64,000 nucleotides of DNA from an uncultured Clostridia bacterium (lineage in GTDB: Bacteria; Bacillota; Clostridia; Christensenellales; CAG-138): assembly GCA_937900325.1 (NCBI GenBank), contig CALCEX010000070.1, forward strand, positions 15,122 through 79,121. Direction: 5' to 3'. Numbering within the stretch: position 1 is the first letter of the stretch; every line of letters starts with the position of its first letter. Positions 43,145 through 51,335 of the stretch are shown piece by piece. The translations under genes and the position numbers were made by a program. Below the pieces are notes generated by a model. The model worked only from the letters and a program-made list of their open reading frames with translations. It was not told where the DNA came from and did no database searches.

Positions 43145-43160
43145 TGTTCTACGTGGAACA
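43145..43160. promoter_or_regulatory. parS site (TGTTCTACGTGGAACA)
   Basis: Differs by one nucleotide from the first site and lies 35 bp downstream of it. Confidence 0.75.
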
Positions 43161-43188
43161 AAAAAAGAAGCGGCTCCAGGCCGCTTCC
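43160..43188 (-). terminator. Intrinsic terminator after the methyltransferase gene
   Basis: On the - strand: GAAGCGGC-cugga-GCCGCUUC followed by UUUUUUU. Confidence 0.8.
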
Positions 43189-43196
43189 GTAGCGCT

Positions 43197-44792
43197 TTAC
43201 CTTCCGGTCTTTATTACAAACACGGCCGGCATCAGCCCGCCGGCCTCGGTCCTGACCTCCGTTACGAGCCGCAGGCCGGGGCGCTCCCGTATAAGCTTTT
43301 TAAGCAGGGTGTACTCCATTGTGTACAATATGGCCACGCCGCCGGGGCGGAGCCATTTGGGAATGCTTTCCAGTATGCCGGAGTAAAGCCTTTCGTTTGA
43401 CTTATGGCTGCCCACCCTGTTGCCGAAGGGAAGGTTCGCCACCAGCTCGTCGTAGGGCCGCTCCGCCGAAAAACGCATGCAGTCGTTATGTACGAATCTG
43501 GCTATGCTTCCGGCGGCCTTCGCGTTTGCGCGGGCTATGTCTATGGCCTTATCGGATATATCCACGCCGGTAAGGCCGGCGCAGGGGAAGAGCTTTTCCC
43601 GCTCTATGAGGAAGGTGCCGCTGCCGCAGCAGGGATCCAGCACTCTCGCGTCCTTTCCGCCGAGGAAAAACTCCGCGTATTTGACTATGGCCGCCGCCGT
43701 TGCGGGGTGCATGCTGGCGGGCAGGGCCGAAAGCCGGTAGCTGAACCTTTCGTCCTTTATGGTGAGCAGCTTTGCGTATATGAACGCGCCGCCGTTGCTC
43801 TTTATTTCCACCCGCAGCTCTATCTCGTAGTTGTTGGGGCAGTTGAGCAGTATTTCGCCGTCCATCACGCCGATCATCCTTCGCGCGATGGCCAGCCGGT
43901 CTATATTCCCCTCCCCCCTTATCTCCAGCCGGTAGCCGAAGGGGGGTTTGCCGGTATGGCATTCGGGCAGCAGCTTTTCGAGAAAGCCCTTTGCCTTTAT
44001 GCCCATGGACCTGGGGTCGGAGTTTGAGTTGGCGGATACCTCTATGAGCGCCTCGGTAAAGCAGCGGCAGGCAAAAAGCCCCGCCATGTCCGCCGTATGG
44101 ACGTGTACGTCGCTGCGGTGTACGGCGGAGGGACGGAAGCCGTGCTCCGAAAGCTCCCGGGCCAGCGGGTCCGAAAGCCTGTCCGGGGAGCGCAGCTCTA
44201 TTTCGCAGGGCCGGGGGAGCGCCGTGAAGGCGTGCTTTTCAAAGGTTAGAAAGCTGCGCATGGCGGTCTTAAGGGCCTCGGTCTCCGCGTCGAAATGCAC
44301 CCTTTCTTCTTCGCTTTTCGCCGGCTGCACGGCGTATGAAGCGAGAGCCGCCTTTGCCTCGTCCCCTCCTATCGCGCCCAATGAAAGCAGCATGGAGGGC
44401 CGCACATAGCGGGTACCCTCCGCAAGGAGGGCCTGCTTCAGGTATTTCACGTCGGAAGGGTCCCTGAGCTGCCCCATGAGCACGGCGGCGTTCTTGCGCA
44501 GCTTGGGCTGATCTGAAAGCAGGGCGCTTCTGAGAGGCCCGCGGCCGCCCAGCAGGCTGTTGAGCTGCCTCGCGTATTTTTCCTGCCTCGCGCAGCGGCA
44601 TAAAAAGGCGCACGCGGCGGGATTGCCCTCGCAGAAAAGCTCATAGGCGAAGGGGAACGCCTCTGAGGAGTAGTGCATCATGTGCTCCGGGCCGTTGGGC
44701 AGCGAGAGCCGCTGGGCGACCATCTCTTTGGTAAGCGCCCTGTGCGCGGCCGGGGAGCCGCCGCTGCCTCTGCCGTTTTTGTGTAAGCTCAT
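43197..44792 (-). CDS. Class I SAM-dependent RNA methyltransferase (UPF0020/RlmL-type) with an N-terminal HEAT-repeat region
   Basis: ORF 43197..44915. ATG 44792 overlaps the murG stop (ATGA). SAM motif VLDPCCGSGTFLIE, motif IV NLPFG, and an N-terminal HEAT-like segment LRKNAAVLMGQLRDPSDVKYL... Confidence 0.7.
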   Translation of the reverse strand: MSLHKNGRGSGGSPAAHRALTKEMVAQRLSLPNGPEHMMHYSSEAFPFAYELFCEGNPAACAFLCRCARQEKYARQLNSLLGGRGPLRSALLSDQPKLRKNAAVLMGQLRDPSDVKYLKQALLAEGTRYVRPSMLLSLGAIGGDEAKAALASYAVQPAKSEEERVHFDAETEALKTAMRSFLTFEKHAFTALPRPCEIELRSPDRLSDPLARELSEHGFRPSAVHRSDVHVHTADMAGLFACRCFTEALIEVSANSNSDPRSMGIKAKGFLEKLLPECHTGKPPFGYRLEIRGEGNIDRLAIARRMIGVMDGEILLNCPNNYEIELRVEIKSNGGAFIYAKLLTIKDERFSYRLSALPASMHPATAAAIVKYAEFFLGGKDARVLDPCCGSGTFLIEREKLFPCAGLTGVDISDKAIDIARANAKAAGSIARFVHNDCMRFSAERPYDELVANLPFGNRVGSHKSNERLYSGILESIPKWLRPGGVAILYTMEYTLLKKLIRERPGLRLVTEVRTEAGGLMPAVFVIKTGR

Positions 44793-45862
44793 CTTTTTCT
44801 CCCTTCGGCTGCTGAGCGTATCACCGCCAGCACCTCGTCGGTGCCGTCCGCCGTTGCGTCGCCGCTCATGGCGGAAATAAAGCTCAGCCGCCTGTCGTAA
44901 AGGTCGTGTATGCACTCAAAGAGCGTATCCGGCGTAAGGTCGCTCTGGTCCAGCGTCATGGCGTAGCCCTTCCTTGCGAAGTAGCCCGCGTTGAGTATCT
45001 GGTCCCCGCGGGAGGCGGAAAGCGGCAGGGGTATCAGCAGGGCGGGCTTTGCGAGGGCCAGGAATTCGAATATGGCGTTGGCCCCGGCGCGGGACAGTAT
45101 TATATCCGCCGCGGCGAAAAGGTCCGGCAGCTCCTCTGAGATGTACTCATACTGCACATAGCCCGGCTCCTTTATGGAGTCGTCCCTCTTGCCCTTGCCG
45201 CAGAGGTGGATGATGTCGAAGGTGCGGGTGAGCCGGGGCAGCGCGGCCCTCAGCGCCTCGTTTATGGCCTGGGCGCCCTGGCTGCCGCCCATGGCGAGCA
45301 GTATGGGCTTTTCGCCGGAAAAGCCGGTAAAGTCCAGCCCCCTCCGCCTGCTGCCGCCGTAAAGCTCGGGACGTATCGGCGTGCCGGTATGCACGCCCTT
45401 TTTGCCCACGTATTTCAGCGTATCCTCAAAGGTCACGCATATCCTGTCCGCAAATTTCGCGGTTATCCTGTTGGCGAGGCCGGGGGTATAGTCGCTCTCG
45501 TGGGCTACTATTGGGGCTATGCCCTTCGCCGCTATCACCACCGGCACCGATACGAAGCCGCCCTTTGAAAACACCACGTCCGGCTTTATCCCGCGTATTA
45601 TGCGCCTGGCCTGGAATATTCCGCCTATTACCCTGAAAGGATCGGTAAGGTTCTTTAAGGAAAAGTATCTGCGGAGCTTTCCGGCGGATATGGCGTGATA
45701 GGTCACGCCCTCGAGGTCCCCCACAAGGGTCTTTTCTATGCCGTTGGCGGTGCCTATGTAGTGTATCTCGTAGCCCTCCGCTCTGAGCTTCGGCAGCAGC
45801 GCAAGATTGGGCGTGACATGGCCGGCGGTCCCGCCGCCCGTCAGAATGATCTTCTTTGACAT
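44789..45862 (-). CDS. murG: Undecaprenyldiphospho-muramoylpentapeptide beta-N-acetylglucosaminyltransferase
   Basis: 357 aa. N-terminal GGGTAGHVTP and the GT28 layout. Confidence 0.92.
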   Translation of the reverse strand: MSKKIILTGGGTAGHVTPNLALLPKLRAEGYEIHYIGTANGIEKTLVGDLEGVTYHAISAGKLRRYFSLKNLTDPFRVIGGIFQARRIIRGIKPDVVFSKGGFVSVPVVIAAKGIAPIVAHESDYTPGLANRITAKFADRICVTFEDTLKYVGKKGVHTGTPIRPELYGGSRRRGLDFTGFSGEKPILLAMGGSQGAQAINEALRAALPRLTRTFDIIHLCGKGKRDDSIKEPGYVQYEYISEELPDLFAAADIILSRAGANAIFEFLALAKPALLIPLPLSASRGDQILNAGYFARKGYAMTLDQSDLTPDTLFECIHDLYDRRLSFISAMSGDATADGTDEVLAVIRSAAEGRKR

Positions 45863-46009
45863 ATCCGTATTCCTTTTATAAAAATTATCTTATTCAATAT
45901 TATGCCGCGAAAACGGTTATTGCTCCTGAAATTATATCATTTAGCCGCGATTGCCGCAAGGCGTATGCTGTGGTATTATTAAGGAAGCTGCTGCAAAGGA
46001 GGGACGCAT

Positions 46010-47308
46010 ATGAAGCTGCAGAATATGAATCCCGGCGAGGCGCTGCCGGCCGCGGCCGCCATGACGCTGAGGCTCGGGGGCTTTTCAAAGGCGGCGGAGC
46101 TTATGGGGGCTCTGCTCGCGGATACCCTTGCAATGAATATGCCGGGCGCGCTCGGCGCGTATCACAGGCTCACCGAATATATGCTCTCCTCCCCCGCGAG
46201 GAGAGTCACGGGGGATCTCTGGAGGGACCAGCTTTTATACGAAATAATACAGACGGAGCACCCCTTCGCCCTCTCCGCCGCCCGCGGGATGCGGGACGAG
46301 GCGCAGCTTTCGGCCATGCGGGAGCGGCTCTGGGTAATGGGCGAGCTTTCCACCCTTACCTCAGAGCGCATAGCCCGGCTCATAAGCGAAAGGGGCAGAA
46401 GCTCGAGGGCGGGCGATCCCGTTGCGATGAAGTCCACCGCAATATGGTCCGGCGGCAGCATATCCGGCCTTCCCCGCCGCGGCGCCGAGGAGGAGCAGGC
46501 GGCGCAGCTCCCGCTGGAATTCACCCCCTGGAAGTACGGCGAGGCCGGGCTTACCGACAGCTTTGTATCCGATGAGGCGCTGGAGGAGATGTACCGCCGC
46601 TTTCTCGAATCCTCCGACTGGGCCGGCCTTACGGAGGATGTATGGAGCTTTTTCGCCTCCTACGGCACTGGCGAATTTTTACGGCATCGCTTCTTTATAA
46701 TAAACGAAAACGGACGCCTCGACCCCATGGAGGAGCCTGAGGCCATAGTCCCCCTTTCCGCCTATGAGGAGCAGCACGGCCGGCTCATGGAAAACACCAT
46801 ACGCTTCATGCGTGGGGAAAGCGCGCTGAATACGCTGCTGTCCGGCGGCATGGGAACCGGCAAGACGGCCCAGGCGGCGTCGCTGCTTCAGGAGCTGCCG
46901 GAGGTCAGGATGATAATAGCCCCGGAGGGAGAAATAAGGCACGTGCCGTCCCTTATAAACAGGCTTTCCGGCCAGCCCTTGAAATTCATACTGCTGCTGG
47001 ACGATATAGCCGCGGACGGCGACGGGATAAGGCTGCTGTCCTCCGTTACGGCGGGCTTTCGGGCGATGCCGCCCAATATACTCATATACGCCACCTCAAG
47101 AGGCGAGGGCGGCCCGCTGCCGGGGCGCATAGCCTTCCGCTATCCGGCCCTCAAGGAATTCACCGGCATGATATCCGAGCTTCTGGAGGCCGCCGGAAAG
47201 TATCCTGACGCACAGGCCATACACAACGCGGCGCTGGATCATCAGGTGGACGCGCGGGAAAGGCTGACCGTCGCCGGCGCGCTCATGATAGCCGGGGAAA
47301 TGGAATGA
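46010..47308 (+). CDS. DUF815-type AAA ATPase
   Basis: 432 aa. Walker A GGMGTGKTA, KFILLLDDIA and NILIYATS resemble the DUF815 pattern as I recall it. Confidence 0.6.
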   Translation: MKLQNMNPGEALPAAAAMTLRLGGFSKAAELMGALLADTLAMNMPGALGAYHRLTEYMLSSPARRVTGDLWRDQLLYEIIQTEHPFALSAARGMRDEAQLSAMRERLWVMGELSTLTSERIARLISERGRSSRAGDPVAMKSTAIWSGGSISGLPRRGAEEEQAAQLPLEFTPWKYGEAGLTDSFVSDEALEEMYRRFLESSDWAGLTEDVWSFFASYGTGEFLRHRFFIINENGRLDPMEEPEAIVPLSAYEEQHGRLMENTIRFMRGESALNTLLSGGMGTGKTAQAASLLQELPEVRMIIAPEGEIRHVPSLINRLSGQPLKFILLLDDIAADGDGIRLLSSVTAGFRAMPPNILIYATSRGEGGPLPGRIAFRYPALKEFTGMISELLEAAGKYPDAQAIHNAALDHQVDARERLTVAGALMIAGEME

Positions 47309-47317
47309 GATATTTAA

Positions 47318-47347
47318 AAAGAGCGGTCCCTCAGCCGCTTTTTTCTT
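47318..47347 (+). terminator. Intrinsic terminator after the DUF815 gene
   Basis: AGCGG-tccctcag-CCGCT followed by TTTTTTCTTT. Confidence 0.65.
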
Positions 47348-47425
47348 TGCCATATCCCCCGGTTTATGTTAAAATATAGCTTGGTAAAGTTTGAGCAGAC
47401 GCAATTTTTTCAAGGAGGGACGCTT

Positions 47426-48814
47426 ATGAAAATATACAACACCATGACCCGCAGAAAGGAAGAGCTGGTACCGCTGAAGCCGGGCGAGATAGGCATGTAC
47501 GTATGCGGTCCTACGGTATACAACTTTATCCACATAGGCAACGCGAGGCCGCTGGTGGTGTTCGATACCCTCAGGCGGTATCTTGAATATAAGGGCTACA
47601 AGGTAAAGTACATATCCAACTTCACGGATATAGACGATAAGCTCATCCGCCGCGCCAACGAGGAGCACACCACTGTTGCGGAGCTGGCGGACAGGTATAT
47701 AAAGGAATACAAAAAGGACGCGGAAGGGCTTTGCGCGGAGCCGGCGACCTGCAACCCCAGGGCCACGGAGCATATACCCCAGATAATAAAGCTGGTGGAG
47801 ACCCTCATTGAAAAGGGGCACGCATACCCCGTCGCAAACGGCGACGTTTATTTCTCCGTCCGCTCCTTCCCCGGCTACGGCAAGCTCTCCGGCCAGTCAA
47901 TAGACGATCTTGAGTCCGGCGCGCGCATAGAGCCGGGCGATCTGAAGCGCGACCCGCTGGATTTCGCCCTCTGGAAGAGCGCTAAGCCCGGCGAGCCCGC
48001 CTGGGACTGCCCCTGGGGCAAGGGACGCCCGGGCTGGCATATCGAGTGCAGCGCCATGAGCATGGAGCTTCTGGGCCCCACCTTCGACATTCACGCGGGC
48101 GGCCAGGATCTCATATTCCCGCACCATGAAAACGAGATAGCCCAGAGCGAGGCGGCAACAGGCAAGCCCTTCGCGAGGTACTGGATGCACAACGGCTATA
48201 TAAATGTTGACAACCAGAAAATGTCAAAGTCCCTCGGCAATTTCCGCCTTGTGCGGGATATAGCCCAGGAGTTCGACCTTGAGGCCGTAAGGCTGTTCCT
48301 GCTTTCCGCCCAGTACAGGAACCCCGTCAATTTCACCCGGGAGCTTATCGAGCAGGCCAACACCGCCCTCACCCGCCTGCGCACCGCCCGGGAACGCCTT
48401 GCGGAGGCCAAGGAAGGCCCCGCCACGGCAGAGGACGAGAGCTTCTGCGCATCATTGGCGGAGCACGAGAAAAAGTTCTGCGACGCCATGGACGACGACC
48501 TGAACACCGCGGACGCGCTGGGCGCGCTGTTCGACTACGCGAGGGCGGTCAATACCTTCGTGACCGAGCCCCGCAGCCGCGAGGCGCTCGACAGGGCCGC
48601 GAAGCTCTTTGACGATATGACCAACGTATTGGGCCTGCTCCAGCATAAAAATGCCGAGGAATTCCCGAAGGAGGCCGTCGCCCTGCTCAGCGAGCGCGCG
48701 GAGGCGAGAAAAAACAAAAACTGGGCCCGGGCGGATGAGATACGCAATGAGCTCAAGGAGATGGGCTTCGCCGTTGAGGACGGCAAGGACGGCGCAAAGC
48801 TCAAGAAGCTGTAA
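47426..48814 (+). CDS. cysS: Cysteine--tRNA ligase
   Basis: ORF 47366..48814. ATG 47426 is preceded by AAGGAGGG. HIGH (FIHIGNARP) and KMSKS motifs are present. Confidence 0.96.
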   Translation: MKIYNTMTRRKEELVPLKPGEIGMYVCGPTVYNFIHIGNARPLVVFDTLRRYLEYKGYKVKYISNFTDIDDKLIRRANEEHTTVAELADRYIKEYKKDAEGLCAEPATCNPRATEHIPQIIKLVETLIEKGHAYPVANGDVYFSVRSFPGYGKLSGQSIDDLESGARIEPGDLKRDPLDFALWKSAKPGEPAWDCPWGKGRPGWHIECSAMSMELLGPTFDIHAGGQDLIFPHHENEIAQSEAATGKPFARYWMHNGYINVDNQKMSKSLGNFRLVRDIAQEFDLEAVRLFLLSAQYRNPVNFTRELIEQANTALTRLRTARERLAEAKEGPATAEDESFCASLAEHEKKFCDAMDDDLNTADALGALFDYARAVNTFVTEPRSREALDRAAKLFDDMTNVLGLLQHKNAEEFPKEAVALLSERAEARKNKNWARADEIRNELKEMGFAVEDGKDGAKLKKL

Positions 48815-48854
48815 GGCCATTTTTGAACAATATTTTAAATCATCGCCCCATGCC

Positions 48855-48883
48855 TTGAAATAAGGCATAACGGCTGATAGAAT
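48855..48883 (+). promoter_or_regulatory. Sigma-A promoter for the small membrane protein / SH3b-sortase-like pair
   Basis: TTGAAA, a 17-nt spacer, then TAGAAT. Confidence 0.5.
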
Positions 48884-48899
48884 CAGGAGGAAACGAGCA

Positions 48900-49328
48900 T
48901 TGGGTGGCGATATGCTTTCGCTGTTCGGCCTTATAATAGGCGTGTACCTCATAATCGCCGCGATCAGCGGACGCGGCAAGCTCTATGAGAACGATTACCT
49001 GAACTGCCCGAGGGAGCAGTATGTAAAGGGGCTGCGGATACTCGCCGCCATATCCGGAGTACTGCTCACGGTATCCAACCTCCTCGAGTATCTCGGCGTC
49101 ATAGCCTACGGCTCCCCGGTCGCCATCGCGCTCTGGGCGGCGGGCTTCGCAAGCCTCATCGTAATGATGGTGTACTCCTCGAAAAAGACCGACAGAAAGG
49201 CCGCTGCGGCAGGCCGTAAGACTGCCGGATCCGCCGAAAAAAAGGATTACGATCCCCTTCGCGCCGCCTTCGTGTTCGATGACGACGACGAGGACGGATC
49301 TCAAAAACAAGAAAAACAAGAAAAATAA
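48900..49328 (+). CDS. Small membrane protein (3 TM) with an acidic/basic C-terminal tail
   Basis: 142 aa. The TTG start lies 9 nt after AGGAGG. Hydrophobic segments are followed by KKTDRKAAAAGRK...FDDDDEDGSQKQEKQEK. I recognised no family. Confidence 0.55.
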   Translation: MGGDMLSLFGLIIGVYLIIAAISGRGKLYENDYLNCPREQYVKGLRILAAISGVLLTVSNLLEYLGVIAYGSPVAIALWAAGFASLIVMMVYSSKKTDRKAAAAGRKTAGSAEKKDYDPLRAAFVFDDDDEDGSQKQEKQEK

Positions 49329-49353
49329 GAACTCATTCTGAAAGGAAAGCGTT

Positions 49354-51186
49354 ATGAAAAAAACTGTTATCCGCATCGTAGCAGCGGCCATGCTGGCGCT
49401 GATGGTGCTGACCGCACTTCCCGCCTTCGCTTATAACATCGTAGGCACCGCGGCCGCCCAGACCCCCGTCTACAAGGACACAAAGGGCAAGAAGATCGAG
49501 CTGTATGTCAGCGGCCCCGTTACCATAAACAGGCAGGACAACAAGTCCGGCATGTACAACATCACCGTCAGCTATAACGGCGCGACCTATAACGGCTGGG
49601 TATACCCCTCCGCCATCTCCGGCATAGGCTATGACAAGTCCAGCGGCTCCTCCGGCAGCTCCTCCGGCAGCACCTCCGGCAGCAGCTCCGGCAGCAGCTC
49701 CTACGGGACATATACCGCCACCATAGCCACCGGAGCCACCATAAACGTCAACGGCAAAAATTACAGGGTATCCACCGGCGGCAGCATCAACGTCAACTAC
49801 CGCGACGCGATGGGCACTCAGGTCCATGTGACCGCGGGCTCCGTCTCCGGCTGGGTAGCCGCCTCCTACCTTTCCAGCTTTAAAAAGAACGGCTCCTCCA
49901 TAAGCCTTTCCGAGCTGCCCACCAGCGGCGGAACTACCGGCAGCAGCACCGCCGGCGGCACCGTCTCCACTCCCTCCCAGGGCGGCAGCCAGAACACCGC
50001 CAGCGGCACCTTCTCCGCCAACCTCGCCGCAGGCACTACCATTACCAATAACGGCAAGTCCGTAGGCATCGTACAGAACGCGGGCAACGTCACCGTCAAC
50101 TACCGGGACGCCTCCGGCTCTCAGGTATTTATAACCGTAGGCAGCGTTGCGGGCTGGGTACCTGCGAGCGCCATCTCCAACCTCAGGAGCACGAGCTCCG
50201 GCTCCATAACCGTAGCCAACCTGCCCACCAGCGGCGGAACTACCGGCAGCAGCACCGCCGGCGGCAGCTCCCAGGTAAAGGCATACGATACCGCAAAGAC
50301 CGCCGTATCCAAGGACAGAAACATCTATGTCCGCTCCACCGCCACCAGCTCCACCAAGGGCGCTACCAAGCTGCGCAATATGCGGGGCAAGACCTTCACC
50401 GTAATGGGAACCGACACTACCGGCAGCTTCCTGTATATCGACTACAACGACACCCGCGGCTTCGTTCGGGCTCAGGATTTCACCTTCACCAGCGGCAACG
50501 TGGTAGACCAGAACCCCAACAATAACAACAACGGCAGCGTGACCGCCAACAACACCGGCATGGCCGCCAGCGGCGCTACCCCCGGCGTGGGCAGCAAGTC
50601 CCAGAGCGACGTATGGGGCAGCATAACCATACCCGGCGCGGGCACCTACCCCATTTACGGCAACTACACCAACAAGAAGGGCAACCTGTACTATTACGAC
50701 TACAACAACATAAAGAGCTACAAGTACGTACACACCACCACCGCCAAGGGCTCCCAGGTAGCGGTAGTAATGGGCCACAACATGCGTAAGTCCAGGACCT
50801 ACTTCCACAACCTGCACCACATCCAGAACGCCATACTTGGCAAGTCCACCTGCGATTACTGCAAGGCGAGCTGCTCCGGCTACGGAAAGTCCATCTCCGC
50901 AAGCTGGGAAGGCAGCAGCAGCTGGGAGGTAGTGGCCTTCTTCGAGGTACCCAAGAACAAGGCCTACAAGAACATACTGGCCCAGATGGCGCAGCCCTGG
51001 AACTACACCACCGCCCAGTACCTCTCCAACGTGAAGTCCTATGTGAACACCTTCTCCGGCAACAGCTGGGCGAATACCTCCGCCCTTACCGATAACGGCA
51101 AGTACATGATGCTCATCACCTGCGGCGACAAGACCGACAGCAGCAACATCGCAAAGCTGTACATGCTGCTCAAGGCGGTAGGCTAA
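49354..51186 (+). CDS. Secreted SH3b-repeat protein with a C-terminal sortase B-like domain
   Basis: 610 aa. Signal peptide ...ALPAFA/YN, several SH3b-like modules joined by Ser/Gly/Thr linkers, and a C-terminal 190 aa with WGSITIPGAGTYPIYG, VVMGHNMR, MLITCGDK and AKLYMLLKA. Confidence 0.6.
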   Translation: MKKTVIRIVAAAMLALMVLTALPAFAYNIVGTAAAQTPVYKDTKGKKIELYVSGPVTINRQDNKSGMYNITVSYNGATYNGWVYPSAISGIGYDKSSGSSGSSSGSTSGSSSGSSSYGTYTATIATGATINVNGKNYRVSTGGSINVNYRDAMGTQVHVTAGSVSGWVAASYLSSFKKNGSSISLSELPTSGGTTGSSTAGGTVSTPSQGGSQNTASGTFSANLAAGTTITNNGKSVGIVQNAGNVTVNYRDASGSQVFITVGSVAGWVPASAISNLRSTSSGSITVANLPTSGGTTGSSTAGGSSQVKAYDTAKTAVSKDRNIYVRSTATSSTKGATKLRNMRGKTFTVMGTDTTGSFLYIDYNDTRGFVRAQDFTFTSGNVVDQNPNNNNNGSVTANNTGMAASGATPGVGSKSQSDVWGSITIPGAGTYPIYGNYTNKKGNLYYYDYNNIKSYKYVHTTTAKGSQVAVVMGHNMRKSRTYFHNLHHIQNAILGKSTCDYCKASCSGYGKSISASWEGSSSWEVVAFFEVPKNKAYKNILAQMAQPWNYTTAQYLSNVKSYVNTFSGNSWANTSALTDNGKYMMLITCGDKTDSSNIAKLYMLLKAVG

Positions 51187-51216
51187 AGGATATAGAGGTT
51201 TAGGTTACTGAGTTAT

Positions 51217-51253
51217 AGAACCGTCACCTGGCAGGGTGGCGGTTCTGCTTTTA
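51217..51253 (+). terminator. Intrinsic terminator
   Basis: AGAACCGTCACC-tggcag-GGTGGCGGTTCT followed by GCTTTTAT. Confidence 0.8.
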
Positions 51254-51266
51254 TATTTATACCTAC

Positions 51267-51296
51267 TTCACTATTTCAAACCTGTTATGCTATAAT
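51267..51296 (+). promoter_or_regulatory. Promoter of the DUF1385-prmC-prfA operon
   Basis: TTCACT, an 18-nt spacer, then an extended -10 TGCTATAAT. Confidence 0.5.
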
Positions 51297-51335
51297 ATAG
51301 GTTGGCGTGGAATAAGCGCCGGAAGGAGTAATTTA

